The notes under the pieces were generated by a model, which was given only the letters and a program-made list of their open reading frames with translations, did no database searches and was not told the DNA's origin. From Lama guanicoe (Eukaryota): a DNA stretch of 64,000 bases. Position numbers and translations under genes: made by a program. This document shows, in pieces, positions 25,918-39,130 of the stretch (the stretch's first letter is position 1; the number at the start of each line of letters is the position of its first letter). The stretch lies in contig MU054323.1 in NCBI GenBank assembly GCA_013239625.1, positions 5,135,220-5,199,219 of the forward strand, written 5' to 3'.

Positions 25918-27750
25918 TATATTTCAACTAACTTCGAATTTCCTCCAAGTGGTCAAAGAGCAATATGTCATGTGTATCACCAGGACTGTGCTAGGTGCTG
26001 AGTTTATGCTAAGACACATGCCAAGCATAGCGTTTGTCAGCAATAAAACACAGGCATTTAAAACAGTGGCTTCATTATAAATAATTTCTTAAATAATTTC
26101 AAGTGAACAAAATGCTGGGAATTTTAATCTAATCATTAGGGGAGATGGAGGGAGACGGAAATGTAGTCCTGGCCACTTCCACAGCTAACTGAAAAGAGAG
26201 TCAGAATTAGGTATGTGAGGAGGAGAGGGAAGAGGAGTTCAGGTACCCAGGAACATCACTTGTGAAGACCCAGTCATCACGGGTTTTAACAGATGCTCTG
26301 CTGCCTGTTCTGAAAGAGAAATCTGATTCTTTCCCCTTTACCCAAGATTACCCCATCATATACAAATTTTAATTGACTTGATCGTGCCTCAAGGATTCAA
26401 GTTCTAACACCCAAAACTTTCTATTCACATCAAACTCATTATTTTTAAACTCTAAAATAGCCTTTCTTATTATTCCGTCTTAAAATCATTTTATTATTTC
26501 CTTAACAGAGCCCAATTCTTAGCATAACTCCAGATCAACCACCTAGGATTATCCAATGGAGTTATCTGCATGAAGTAATTGCTTTTTTCTTTTGCAACCC
26601 CGTTTTCATATTCCAAGATAAGTCTTCAGACTTTAAGGCACGCACTTACTGTACAGTTTGCAAATTTTCTCGGAAGTTAAAGTGAGGAGTCAGCAATTTA
26701 CTTCACTGACTGAAAAAGAAACTTTAAAAACCCATTCGACTCATGCATCTTTAGACGCCTACAAAAATCTTGATTAATTTCTTAAGATGTCAAAACTGGC
26801 AGTGAAGTGTATGCCATTTGTTGAAGATTAGGAACTTCTGTTCAGGGCATTTGAATAATAGTTTTATGATAATGTACAATTGCGCTGGGTACAAGTCACA
26901 TTGAATCATATACTCCTGAGCTGAAACCTAGGAAAGTGTCCTACCTGTTAAAACAACAGGCACCTGACCGTGAAGTGAGAGTGAATGTAAGGCATTTTAT
27001 TAAAAACCCCTCTGATGACAAGAATGAAGCATGGAATGTAATGGCTGAGAATATAGTTTCCTTTTCATCAGTAATTCATGTGTTTACTACTTTGACATTT
27101 GAAGTTAGATAGGCAGGTGTGTCTTGCTTCACACCACAGATGTCTTCCTAAAAAGATGCAGAGAAATTACTGAAAGGGAGCTCACGTTTCATATGTGCTG
27201 GGGAAACTTCCTAGGAAAAGGCGATCTGATAGACTCTCCTTGGCAAATGTAAGGATAGTGCTGATATGCCAATGACTCCTATTAATGGACTTGTTTCATG
27301 AATTAATATGTTTATATAGTGAGCTTTGTGTGCCCAAACAGTGTGGAACATAAATATGATACAAATGTTTCTGTTTGGGAATTTACATAGACTTTGAGAA
27401 AAGTACTCTTTTGCTAAAGAAGAGGGAGAAATAAAGGGAGGGAGGAAAAAGAGAGAGTCAGCGAGGAGGAGGACAGAAAAAAAAGAGGAGATGATTTTAA
27501 CATTCTACCTATGCATCGAGCTTTAAAGCCCCCACAGGAACCATTCTTACGTCTGAGAACACCCTTGTCTAGATTCTGTTGGTACCCATTTTTTTTTCAC
27601 GTGACATCAGTGTGTCGGGGTACACTTGTTCTGAAAGGCCTGACACACATTTTCAATGGTTCAGGCTGTCTGAGCTAGGCCAAGAGGTGGCATATGCAGA
27701 ATTGCTTACGAACTTTGGACTAACTTGAAATTACCTAAAATCCAAATCAA

Positions 27751-27805
27751 GCATGTGCACATGCACGCACGCACATGCGCACACACACACACACACACAC
27801 ACACA
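27751..27805. repeat. Alternating purine-pyrimidine tract ending in a (CA)~13 microsatellite
   Basis: gcatgtgcacatgcacgcacgcacatgcgc followed by (ac)n; unbroken RY alternation. Confidence 0.95.
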
Positions 27806-30800
27806 AAAGCCATGATGAAAACAAGCCCCACTCTAAGACAGCAGAAGCTGCCTGTATGCAAGTGCTCAGAGCCAGAGAGCTTCCCCTGCGTTTCTGTTTG
27901 CCGTTTTCTTGACAGAGGCCAATCCCTTTGTGATCACATTGCACTGATCATCTATAATCACCACTCTTTATAAAAAGCCCTGATACTCTCTAGCCCTGTC
28001 ATTCAATCCCTGTGTGTTTAAGTAATCATCTTGTTGTCCCAAGTAGATTGCATGCCTTTGATGGTAAGATTCAAAATATACCCACAATTTTCAGATTCCA
28101 GAGAATGCACCAAGAACATTATTGTGCTTTAAACAGAGCAGTGATTCAGTAATGCTCATAAACCCCAAAAATAGGTATGTATGTATTTTCTCCATTTTAA
28201 ACTAATTAAGTAAGGCACTAGGAATTTAAATAACTTGTCCGTGCTTTCACCGCTAAGTGGTAAAGCATGTTTCATGTTGGAAATATGATGGAAAAATAAG
28301 TCAGTACTGGAATGAATGAATGCATGAGTAAAACAAAACAACACACCAAAACACTGGCTACTCAGCAATTATCAAAAGAAGGAATCAAGAGCAGAATTAT
28401 AAAACTTCCATCTGTCATTGGAGGAAAACAAGAGATACTACTGATTTATCCAGAAAACAGTGGCCTCCCTTCCCAATCTGATCCCACAAGCCCCCCAGCC
28501 TAAGTGGTCAACAGGAAAGGAACAGGATTTACAGGCTTATCCCGCACGTATCTGAAACCCCTCTCTCATTCCTGACTTCCTTCCCTGACCAACAGCGCTC
28601 CCCAGGCCAGCCAGACCCCCGCCCTTCGGTGCCGGTTCTCCCAGGTGGCTCTTAGTTCAGCTCTAAGCTGAACCCTCATTTAAAAGAGACCGTGTTTCAT
28701 TTGTGTTTGTGCCCACTTCCAACATTATGTCCCAGTAAAGTACTCCCCACTCCAAAGAGTCTCAAGGAATATGTGTCAAATAAATGAACAGGGAAATAAA
28801 TGCCATCTTGTCCGGTCTTTCTGTGTGTCCTGTTTCTTGGACGGCTGCGCCCTCAGAGAAGCTGCTGGCCTCACTCACAGGGCAGGGGGCACATGAGTCA
28901 GGCATTCTTTTTCACGTCCCTGTCTGTCCCTAGCTCCTGATGGGCTACAGTGCAGACCTGGTTGTTCCATAGACAAGGTAGGTGCATGCTGGCAGATGGG
29001 TACATCCTGTATTCCAAGACCCGAAGGGACACAATCAGATCATTGGCACTGTTGTCAGTTACCAGAATCTCCTTCCGAGCCTTTTCCCTCTCCCTGCTGT
29101 TCCCCACAGAGGCAGCCTCATGCTCCTGGCCCTGGACCATATCTAAAGCCACTCTTGGGATGGAATGTCATCAGTGCAATGAGTGGAGTGGGTGAGTTCC
29201 CTTGAGCAAGTTCCTGCCTTTGATCTGCATGGAAGGAAGGGCCTCTCTCCTCCCCTCAGTGAAGGAATTTCAGGATCTGTTCAGGAACAACAGAACGCTC
29301 TAGGGGTTTGTGTGACCCTTTGCTGTAGTCCCGAAGCACAAAATGAAAGGCTGATCCTCAAGCACACGGTCAGTGGTGGGCTCTAATGCTGTCTCCTAAG
29401 TAAGGAAGTCACTCTGATTTGTCCTCACATGCACCTTCCATCGTGGTGTCATGAGCCACCTCCGTAGTCACTCATGATTCTGCTTGACTGAACTAACTGA
29501 AACATTGTCACCCAGACCTGAATGAACCAAGAAAATGTGGACATACACTGGTGACAGTGTTTTCATTGGTTCTGTTTCGTTTCTGTCAACCAAGCCAGGA
29601 CCCACCCTGTGCGAGACAGCACGAGTGTACCAGTCCTCAGGACTCTACTGTGAAACCAAGACACGAGGCCAGCAAATACTTGTCTCCAATGGGCTTCGCA
29701 AGGCTTAATTAACTCCTGCACCAGGAGTTCTTTGTGATGTGTGCAGAGCACATAGATTTTCAAGGGTCAAAGATTATGAAGATGGAAAGGACTAATGACT
29801 TCCTAAACACTCCTCAATTGGCTCAGAAGGACACTTCCAATACTTTAAATCTTAGTTACTGCTTTATTACCAAAATTCTAGAATTGACTGATTAAGGTTA
29901 GGTCAGTCAATTCAAAACATATGTAGCAAGTCATGGTGTTTTTTGTTTGTTTTGAAGATAGGCGTGGATATGCCTGTAGGGCAAGGAGGGGAGCTGAGAG
30001 AGCCCCCCTTTTTTTTCCTCTTGTTGTTCCCATAGTTGGGGACTCGGAACCCCAGTTAACACATGTAACATCTGCGTCTTGATCTCTGAGGTCCTTGCAA
30101 CTGTACAAGTGAGTTCACAGTGTTACAGAAGAACCTGTCATTGCAGTATTTTGAAACTTCCCATTGACACCACCGAGCTTCTGGAGCAGGTTGAAGGCGC
30201 TTTCTGCAGAGGATTTCAATCAGTTGTTCAATTGAGATCGTTTTCTTGATTCAGTCATTTTAGTCAAGAAAATACAATTTATTCAAGAAAATAAATACCG
30301 GCTCACGCCAAACTCTGGGAAGAGAATGGTAAGGAAGACAAAATCTTCCCTAAAGTCCTCCTCATGCCATAAAAGACTGAGACCAGTGGGATTTGTGATC
30401 AGGGAACACAAGAGTCATAGTGAGACTAATTAAAAGCACAGGTCTGGTGAGAAAAGGACATGCTACTCAGAATAATGACTCTTTCTGATTGAAAACTGAA
30501 GAAAAAAAGAAGCTGACTGGATAAGAGAAGACTGAAATCAGAATTAAGTTATGCAAACGCCTTAAGGTGAGAGCGCGCCTGGGGAGTTTCAGGACCTCCA
30601 GGAAAGCCACTTCCACCAGCTGACGGAGAGCCTGTGGCAGGAAAGGAAAGACCCGGGGAGACAAACAGGGACCATTCATGGGGGGACTTTATCTGGAGGC
30701 TCCTTGGGGCCATTTAAATGGTTTAAAGTGTAAACGTAACCATTTAAAATAAAATTGCACTTGAGAAGACCAATGAGGGCTTTGAAGTGAGTGGTTGTGG

Positions 30801-31482
30801 GTGGGAAAGCCCCAGAGGCAGTCAGAGGTGACGGATGACTTGGGGAGGAGCTCGGACTGGGGCCTGAGAGGTACAAAGTACGAGAGAGGAGGTAGCTGTT
30901 GAGGACGGTTCGGATATAGACTTACAGATGCTCTGGCAGGCTAGACAGAAAGGCAAACCGAAAGGGCAAAGATCGATCCGTTTCCAGTTTAGGGCTTCTA
31001 AGAGGTGGTGGGCATACAGGAAGATGGGGGAGCTGCCTGGGGCCCTGGGCGGTGGAGGTGGTGCTCAGGAGGTGAGGAGAGAAGAGTGGACATGTTCATT
31101 TCTGTTGGAAGTTTTTTAAATATTGATCTAAAACGTGAATTTCACCAAATTCACCCTTCCCACACTTTAGCCTCTGGATCCCAAAGTCCTAACTCATCAA
31201 GAAATCTTTTATCAGGTAGTAGTTTGAGCAGTAGAGTTATTTAATTAGACCTTATTATTTATCACTTATCTTAAAATACAATTAATGTACAGCTTACGAT
31301 GTCCTTAATAGAAGTTATATGTTTGGTGTTACTTTTTCACAGGGCTGGGATATTTTCAATAATCCAAAAGTAAGACTCACTGGAGTGTTTTTTCTTTAAT
31401 TAAAAACTACATATCAATCTTAATTAAAATCACAACAGCTCTGGGAGGAAGACAGAGTGCATTGTATCATTCTGAGTGAGAG

Positions 31483-31495
31483 TGGACAAAGTCCA
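31483..31495 (+). promoter_or_regulatory. HNF4-type DR1-like site TGGACAAAGTCCA
   Basis: Contains the HNF4-selective CAAAGTCCA core. Confidence 0.35.
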
Positions 31496-33109
31496 GCATC
31501 TAAAAGGTTAGTGGCTTGGCCAGCTCCCCGCCTTTGGAGCTCCGTCTTTCTGCTCCCAGTCTGGCGCTCGCTACTCTTTGCCAGCGTCTGCAAAGGGCAT
31601 GCCCAGGCGTCCAGTTCAGCAAAGATGCAGCTCTCATTGGCCATTAGAACTCTGCACTATAACTCTGCACTATAACCATTGTTATTTTGACTAGGGAAGT
31701 TCACTGCTCTGACCAGCCTCGTGGCAAGTGGAACTGTTCTTATATTTTAAAGCACAAGGCATTTTTTAAAAATACATGAGAAGAAACGCTGTCAGAGGTT
31801 TTTGTGAGTGTTTTCCCCTCGACTGCACTCTAGAGCCTGGTTCACCTACAGACCGTCCACGCTGGGAATGCGTTCTAATAAAAGCACACGCGTTGTGGAG
31901 GTGAGAACACTTGAAACCGTATTTGCATCTGCTACCAGACTTACAATGTAATGGATTTCTAACTAATTAGCATGATTTCCCAGACTGAATTATGCCACAT
32001 GTAGGAGTAGCTGGATATAAAAATAAATTTGATTATAATGTGCATAAATTGCTCATTTCTTACAGAATCATGGCTTTTTCTTAAGTGAATGCCCAACTTC
32101 CCCAAATCGTCAATGAAAATGTGTTTCCAAACGGCTGCTCTTTTCGGGGCCGTGCTGCTTTCCGGGAGCCGGGCTCCTCGTGGCAGCTGCTTTGTTGGAA
32201 CACACAGCACATCAGGCAATGACTGTGACCTACATTCGGGATGTTTATGAGTTCGGCAGAAATTGGATAATTTCACTCACTATTTAGTTCTTCTGCTGAT
32301 GTGAGGGGTCTTTGAGCACCATTTTGGGCAATAAGTCCTCGGATGGTCAGAGGAAACTATAGTGCTTATTAGAAGCACAAGATAAAAGGTGCAAACCCAC
32401 GACGGCATATTCCTCCAGGTTCTGTGCCAGGTTTTGTGAGAATGGGATAAAATCAATGACAAACACGCTCCTCTCTCCCAGGAAACTGCCATCGCAATGA
32501 TTCATACGCAGACAATAAGACAACAAGACAAGACAGAATATAACCAAATGTTGAATGGCCGGACACCAATATATATTCTGTAAGTCAGAGGAAGGGAAAT
32601 TCTTAATCTAGGAGGGAGAATGGGTAGGATTTGGATGAAGGACAGGAGACATCCTGCATCCGTAACCTAGAATGAAGGTGAGAAAAACATCTTTCATTCA
32701 TGCACTGGTTCATCCATTCCTTATTAAGCTTCTGCTACATGTAAACTATAGTGATTCTATATGTGTGATATGTCATTAGTTTTAACATCCCATATGCAGC
32801 CGTAATTACACACAAAAATGTATTCCTTTGTCAATATGTTTGGAAAGCACTGAGCAAACAAAGTTAAACATGATTATTTCAAGACTTCTTAGTATTCAGT
32901 GTTTTCCAAATTTTCAATGAGAGAAAGCTTGGTTTTTAATTTTAAATGTAAGTAGATATTCAAGGAATTTTTAAAAATCATACAATGATTTTGTTTAATC
33001 CAAAGAAGCTATGTAAGAGAAGAGAATAGTGAAAATTGTATGATATTAAGGGAAGTCTGATGCCCTTTTCATCAATTCTAAATCACAATAACAAAATAAA
33101 TGACCCCCT

Positions 33110-33290
33110 GTCAGTTACCTGCCACCAGTGCCAGGCATCATGCTAGGTACTTGACATGCATTTTGTGTAGCTGTCACCGAAAGTCTCTAGATTATCTACA
33201 GCTATGTCTATACACAGATGAGAAGACTAAAGCTCAGAGAGATTAAAAATTTTACAGAAGATCCCAGTTTGCAATTGGCAGAATCCATGT
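33110..33290 (-). mobile_element. MIR SINE
   Basis: 'gtgccaggcatcatgctaggtacttgacatgcatt...acagatgagaagactaaagctcagagagattaa'. Confidence 0.75.
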
Positions 33291-33626
33291 TGTCCACTTC
33301 TAGAGGTGGCACTTTTGTTACATCGTGTTTTACATCATTCTTTCTTTTCTGTATAAATCACTTGGAATGGAAGTTCCAAGAAGAACAGATGCAGTCAAGG
33401 AAGTTTAATGCAGTCAAGTGGTAGCTGAGCCTCAGTCCACAGACAAGTTCAATCAATGCTTTTAGATAAAGAGGGAAATGCACTGTTTATCCCCAAAAGG
33501 GGATATGTGTAAAGACTGAGGGAATTTGCATCCCATTCACTCTTTCTCAGGAAGTTACTTAAAGATATGAGTCAACAGATTGACAGAGAGATAGAGAAGA
33601 TAGGTATTAATCAAAATAGAGGAAGA

Positions 33627-33759
33627 GGGAGGATACAGCTCAATGGCAAAGAGCATGCTTAGCATGCACAAGGTCCTGGGTTCAATCCTCATTACCTCTA
33701 TTTAAATAAATAAATAAGTAAACAGACAAACGAACCAATCTAATTACATTTCCTCCCCC
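33627..33759 (+). mobile_element. tRNA-derived SINE (camelid Vic-1-like), second copy
   Basis: 'gggaggatacagctcaatggcaaagagcatgcttagcatgcacaaggtcctgggttcaatcc', homologous to the 20291 copy; degenerate TSD aaaatagaggaaga (33613-33626) / aaaaaagagaaaga (33760-33773). Confidence 0.9.
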
Positions 33760-36700
33760 AAAAAAGAGAAAGACTTTGTATCCAGGAACAAGTGGGCTCA
33801 GCAAGGTCAAACAATGCAGAGTCCTGTACTTACATTACTAAGATTCTAGCTCCAACTTTAGAATTCTGGCCCCAAATTTCGAGTTAGTAGATAATAGATT
33901 CTGTTCCTATGGGAACAATTGACCCATTTACTCCACTCCATTCTTCTCCAGACTATAAACTTTCGGTACTGTGTTGGTAGATGTAAAATGAGAACACCTT
34001 CTTATCCATCTCTTATGTATGAATTCTCATAAATCCCAACTATTAGGAAATCAGGATGAAGCCTGAGGTTGGCGACCACAGTGCGGGGGACACGGGAACC
34101 CAGGACTCACTGTAACAGAGAAGGATGAAGGCAAGTTATCCTTGCGACAGGGTGGAACAAAGTCACATGCTCCTTGTTATCACAGTATCAGTACCTCTTA
34201 CTCGAAATTGGGCCTGGGCAACCCAGACAAGTAGTTGGTCCTTTGGTAGTCCCGGCAACAAAATCAAGAAGAAAGTTTGCCTCCAGCCTGGAGTGGGCAG
34301 TCACAGCTGCTGTGCAATTAGTGGTGACCAGCAGGCAGTTCAACTGCGTTTTCCACCTGGTCTAAGGAAGCTGATTTGCCCTCATTCAGCAAACCCAACG
34401 GGGAACGTTGGACACAAAAACCGACTGATTCCCAAATCCCATTTTAATTATTTGCTGTAGGCCCCAGTGGCCAACTTCATCAGAGATTTTGTTCCATTTG
34501 GGCGAGAATGCTTATTCAGAGTAACATGGAGACAATTCTAGAGATGGTAAAAAAAGTGTGCTCCTGAAATGAAGCCTCTCCGTTATTCACAGAAAATATA
34601 AAGGCACTGCTACTATTAACTTTCCAGGTATCACTGATTTCATTTAAACCAAAATATTAGATTTAGTCTATTCACAATACTGTAATCACAACATAGTTAT
34701 CGCTTTGAATTGCTAGTATTTCTACCTACTTCATTTTAGTACTTAATTTGTTTCTTTTTTTTTACCATGTTACCCCTCAGTATTTTAATTATACTCAGCT
34801 GAATGTATCTGAATGCTCTCAGCATGCTTCATTATTTATATTAGTAGAAAAGCACATAAAATCAAACTGCATGCTGACATTCTATAATTTGTACTTGCAT
34901 ACCTCTAAAATAGATTTCTAGAGATACAACAATGATTCAACAGTGGCCCAAGATATGCTGTGATTTTAAAATTTAACTGAATTTTAATGTATTCTGAAAA
35001 TAAAATTTATGAGTTTTCACTAGAAAATGTCTTATCTGATTATTCATATTCTACAATTATTAACTGCTCCTATTCTGCATTTGATTGAATCGTAAAAAGG
35101 TGGATTCCTTCTCTTCTTACCCCAGGCACTAAGCTGTAATTTCTGCACATTTTGAGTTTTCCATATCTAAATTGGATATTATGTTAGATCTAATGAAATA
35201 TCAAGTATAAATAAAATATAAACCTTTTTTTTTTTTATTAGAAACGGACATCACTGTTTGGTAAAGAAGTCTATGGTCACGCTGCCTTTCTCACCATAAA
35301 TTTTTTTCTGGGTTAAGTAGATACTCTGTCAAAAAGTTAGTTTAAATTCTCTCCTTTTTCATTTGGAATTAAGAGTCAGAAGTCCCAGAAAGAATTATGA
35401 GAGACTATGTTTTTATTTTTAGTCCCTCTTCCTGAAGACTCAAGCTGTGTTCGTGAATCTGGCAAAACCACCTCTTCATCAGCTTCATCTGAGTCTATGA
35501 TTCCCCAAATAGATGCTTTGATTTGGTCTTCAGGCTTATTCTAAACTTTAAAAGGCAGATTAATAGCAGAGAAAGCTGCCAAAATGTCTGCTGCTTCTTT
35601 GAAGAAGGGACACAGAGGATTTTGGTATAAATTCTCTCCCTAGTTAGAATCTCCTCTAATGTGCCACACGCCATTGTGCAAGAAAGAGGAGAGTCAGTCC
35701 ATTTAGCTGCAGATTTCAGGGAGGAAACAGTAAGTCCTTAAAGAATGTGTAAATCAATAAGAGGCAGAATTAGCCATATAATGACATTGCAGGTGAAGAG
35801 GCTACGTAAACAATCTCCTGGAGGAAGATGAAGTGCATTGTAAATTTTGTTTTCAAGTACCAAGGTAAATGAAGTATTGAAATGGTCTAGGTATGGTTAA
35901 AACACAAAGCAAGGATGCATGAGAAGTGAGAAATAGAGCTTAATATCTCAGAATGGCGAGCCCTTGCACAGGCGAGGAGCATGGCCAAATCTACTTAATT
36001 TGGGAGGCGATGGGGTGCTTTTGAATATTTGTGTGCAGGAGAATAGAGCCGATCAGGATGGTGTTGCAGGAATGTGAATCAGGCCATGTGAGCAGGATAT
36101 TGGAGATATTACTGGAGGTAGAGCAAACAATCGTGAGGCTATCAGAGCAACCCATGAAACGACTGATTCAATTTAAGTCCAATACAGCAATTCAGTAAAT
36201 GTCTAACTGAGAAAGGCACAGTGCTAGACACTGTAGGCATAAGTGATAAGACAGTCTTTGTTGTTTTCTGAAGTCATAGATAGGTTATATACTTTGTAAG
36301 TGTTGGGGGTAAAAAAAGAAAGGAGACAGATTGGGAGGGAAGAAGCAAGGGAATATGGAGGGAGAAGGGAAGGTGGAAAAGAAGATGAAAGCCAGGCAGA
36401 AAGTAAGGGAAGATGGGATGGAGGAAGGTAAGACAAGGATTTAACTGTACACAAAAAACAAATAAAAAATATAATCCATACAGCTCCCTGCTAATACGTT
36501 TTAACATTTTAAAGCATTACATCATTTTGTAGAAAAATATAAATGATTAAAAGTAATTCATTTGCAAGAAAATATCAGTGCTAAATATCTGATCTCTTCC
36601 TCTTCCTGATCACACAGGTGGATTTAAGCAGAAAGGGTGTGAACCACTTACACCAGGGCCCCTAGTAACCTCCCATGCACAGCTCTCTGTCTCCCTACAA

Positions 36701-36899
36701 GCCAGCTTAACACACAGACTCTGAGAATCTGTAGAAGGGCAAAAGCACACAGTGGAAGGAACATGGAACTTAATGACTGAGTGGTACACAATCTCCCCCT
36801 ACCCTGATATGCTGAGGTAGATAGTGACTTAGAGGATGATTAAATGCTTATTGTGTTAAGCTACTTGAGTATACTAGCCTACCCTGAATGCCATGGAAA

Positions 36900-39130
36900 A
36901 ATACGTACAAGAACTACCAGTCAAACAGACACCGATATGACTGGTAAGAGAAACCTGTTCTGCTAAATTCTCAAGGAACAGATAATCTGAACAATAATTA
37001 AATACCCAGGTTTTGGGAAAATATCCCAATTACAGAAACTACCAAAGGCTGACAGTGTATGCATATGTGCTTATGAAACAATATAATTGATTAATATAGA
37101 TGTTAATAAATGTAATATAGATATAATGTTATAAATACAATTTTAGGAAATATAATCCACAACTGTAAAATTTATTCTAAGCAAGAAAGGATGGTAGAAA
37201 GTTACAAAATATTAACATATTTTATTGCCTTAATTAGTTAAATAAGAACTATAATATCCTAAGATTAAAAGACATTTACTAGAAGATAAAATTTATCTCT
37301 GAATTTTAAAAAATTTCTTAGTAAAAAAGAGCAGGATGCCATTAATTTGATAAAGAATATATAACTGATATCAGCAGTGAATATCACAATGGAGACACTC
37401 ATACATTTAAGTCCAGACCAAGACAAGGGTTCTTATCACCATTACCATGCTGTAACCTTATGAATTTCCAGGTGAAAAAATGAGAATAACACAAGAAAAA
37501 AACTAAAGACCAAATTTCAATATTTATAGAAGTGATTGGTAAACTATACAATATTGGATAATTAACTGAAAAAAAATCAAAATTACTATGTAATATTTCT
37601 GGACATTAGTTTTATAAATAACAATAAATTCTTCAGCAGCTTACTGAGAAACACACACACAAATATTTTTCAAATGGAGAGCCATAAAAAGTTTTTACAA
37701 AGATTAAAACCTGAAATGACTGTATCTCTCTTCAAAACATTTTTTTCTATCAATCAAATTCATTAAATGATCTCCTTAATTTAGCATTGGGACATAATCA
37801 AGTAATTAAAAATTCATCAGGAAGAATAAGCATGAAATATCCAAAATCATTTCTAAAAACATAAGTCTATGCAGCACACAGGTTTATTGCTGCATATGTT
37901 ATAATGCATTGCAGGGCTTATATAATTAAAGTAACCCAGTGAGGGACCATTTCAAACAAGCAAAGGTAGATTTTTCAATGATTACTATTGATATAAATAG
38001 ATAATGTTTAGAAAAAGAAATAAAATAACATCCCTACCTCATGCCTTATTTACATGCAAATTTCTAGATAGAGTAATGTGTAAATACATGTAAAATGAGT
38101 TAATCAACCTATAAAAGTGCATTTACTAGTATAAGTATTTCTGTAATATTCAGGACAGTGTGAAAAAGATAAAATAATAAATACCATAGCAATACTTTAG
38201 AAACTTCTTCAAATTCAAAAAAAAGATAACTGTAATGGAATGAAATTTTCCATGTAAAAATTTTATAATACATATTCAGTCCAAGGAGTTTTTATGTTAA
38301 TACATTATTGTAATATTATAAAGATCTATTGCTAAGTGGTAAGATAAACATGAACAATGCACAAAGATTAGAATGTTTAAAAATAGAAACAAACATTTCT
38401 CAACAGACATATAAACATATAAAAACTTCACGAGTGCAATCATAATAGAATGGATGCAAATTAAGACCATGATACACTATTTTTCTCTATCAGGCTGTCA
38501 AAGATAAAGAAAAGATTACTGCCAATATTGTCGTGGGTTGGAGAAAAACATAAGGTCTTCCATAGTACTGAGTTGTACAAATTGGCACAGACTACTTGCA
38601 TGGTCATGTGCAACACATTTTTTAAAAGATTAAGAATGTAGTTAGTCTTCTGATTAGCAATTTTTTACTTCAGATGACTGGTGGTACAGTTATACATAAT
38701 AATTTATAAGTACCTTGGCAAGAGTTTTTCTAGCAACATTGCTTATATAGAAAAAACAAACAAACAAAAAAGGAAATTGATTGCATCTTCAATGATAATG
38801 TCATGGTGGTGGAATAAATGTGAGCATATCATATAATGGAAAAATATGCAGCCACTAAAAGTGATATTAGATAAAAATATTTAAGGGCCTGGAAATATGC
38901 TCATGATATGTATTTTATGCTTAAAGATACAGCTAATGCAAATCACAAAATGAAGTGCTCTCAGTTTTATGACATGCACAGGTAGAAGTATAAATCTCTG
39001 TATACACACACACACACAAATAAACACACCTCGCACGTATACCAAACTGGAATCATAATGGAAGGAAATAATTCCGTGACTATTTCTGGGAAGCGAGTGG
39101 ACTTACAATTTTTTTAAAAAGGTATCTTTT
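36900..39130 (+). mobile_element. Old L1 (L1ME-type) ORF2 to 3' UTR remnant
   Basis: Very A-rich; degenerate L1 motifs 'aagacaagggttctt', 'ccctacctcatgccttatttac', 'atgcaaattaagaccatgatacacta', 'ggaaaaatatgcagccactaaaa'. Confidence 0.75.

Noticed and set aside
34111..34365. Cystatin/kininogen-like exon (CLGCPGPIS on minus, RQVVG on plus)
   Set aside because: The motifs are on opposite strands, the minus frame hits an internal stop, and there is no wider similarity.
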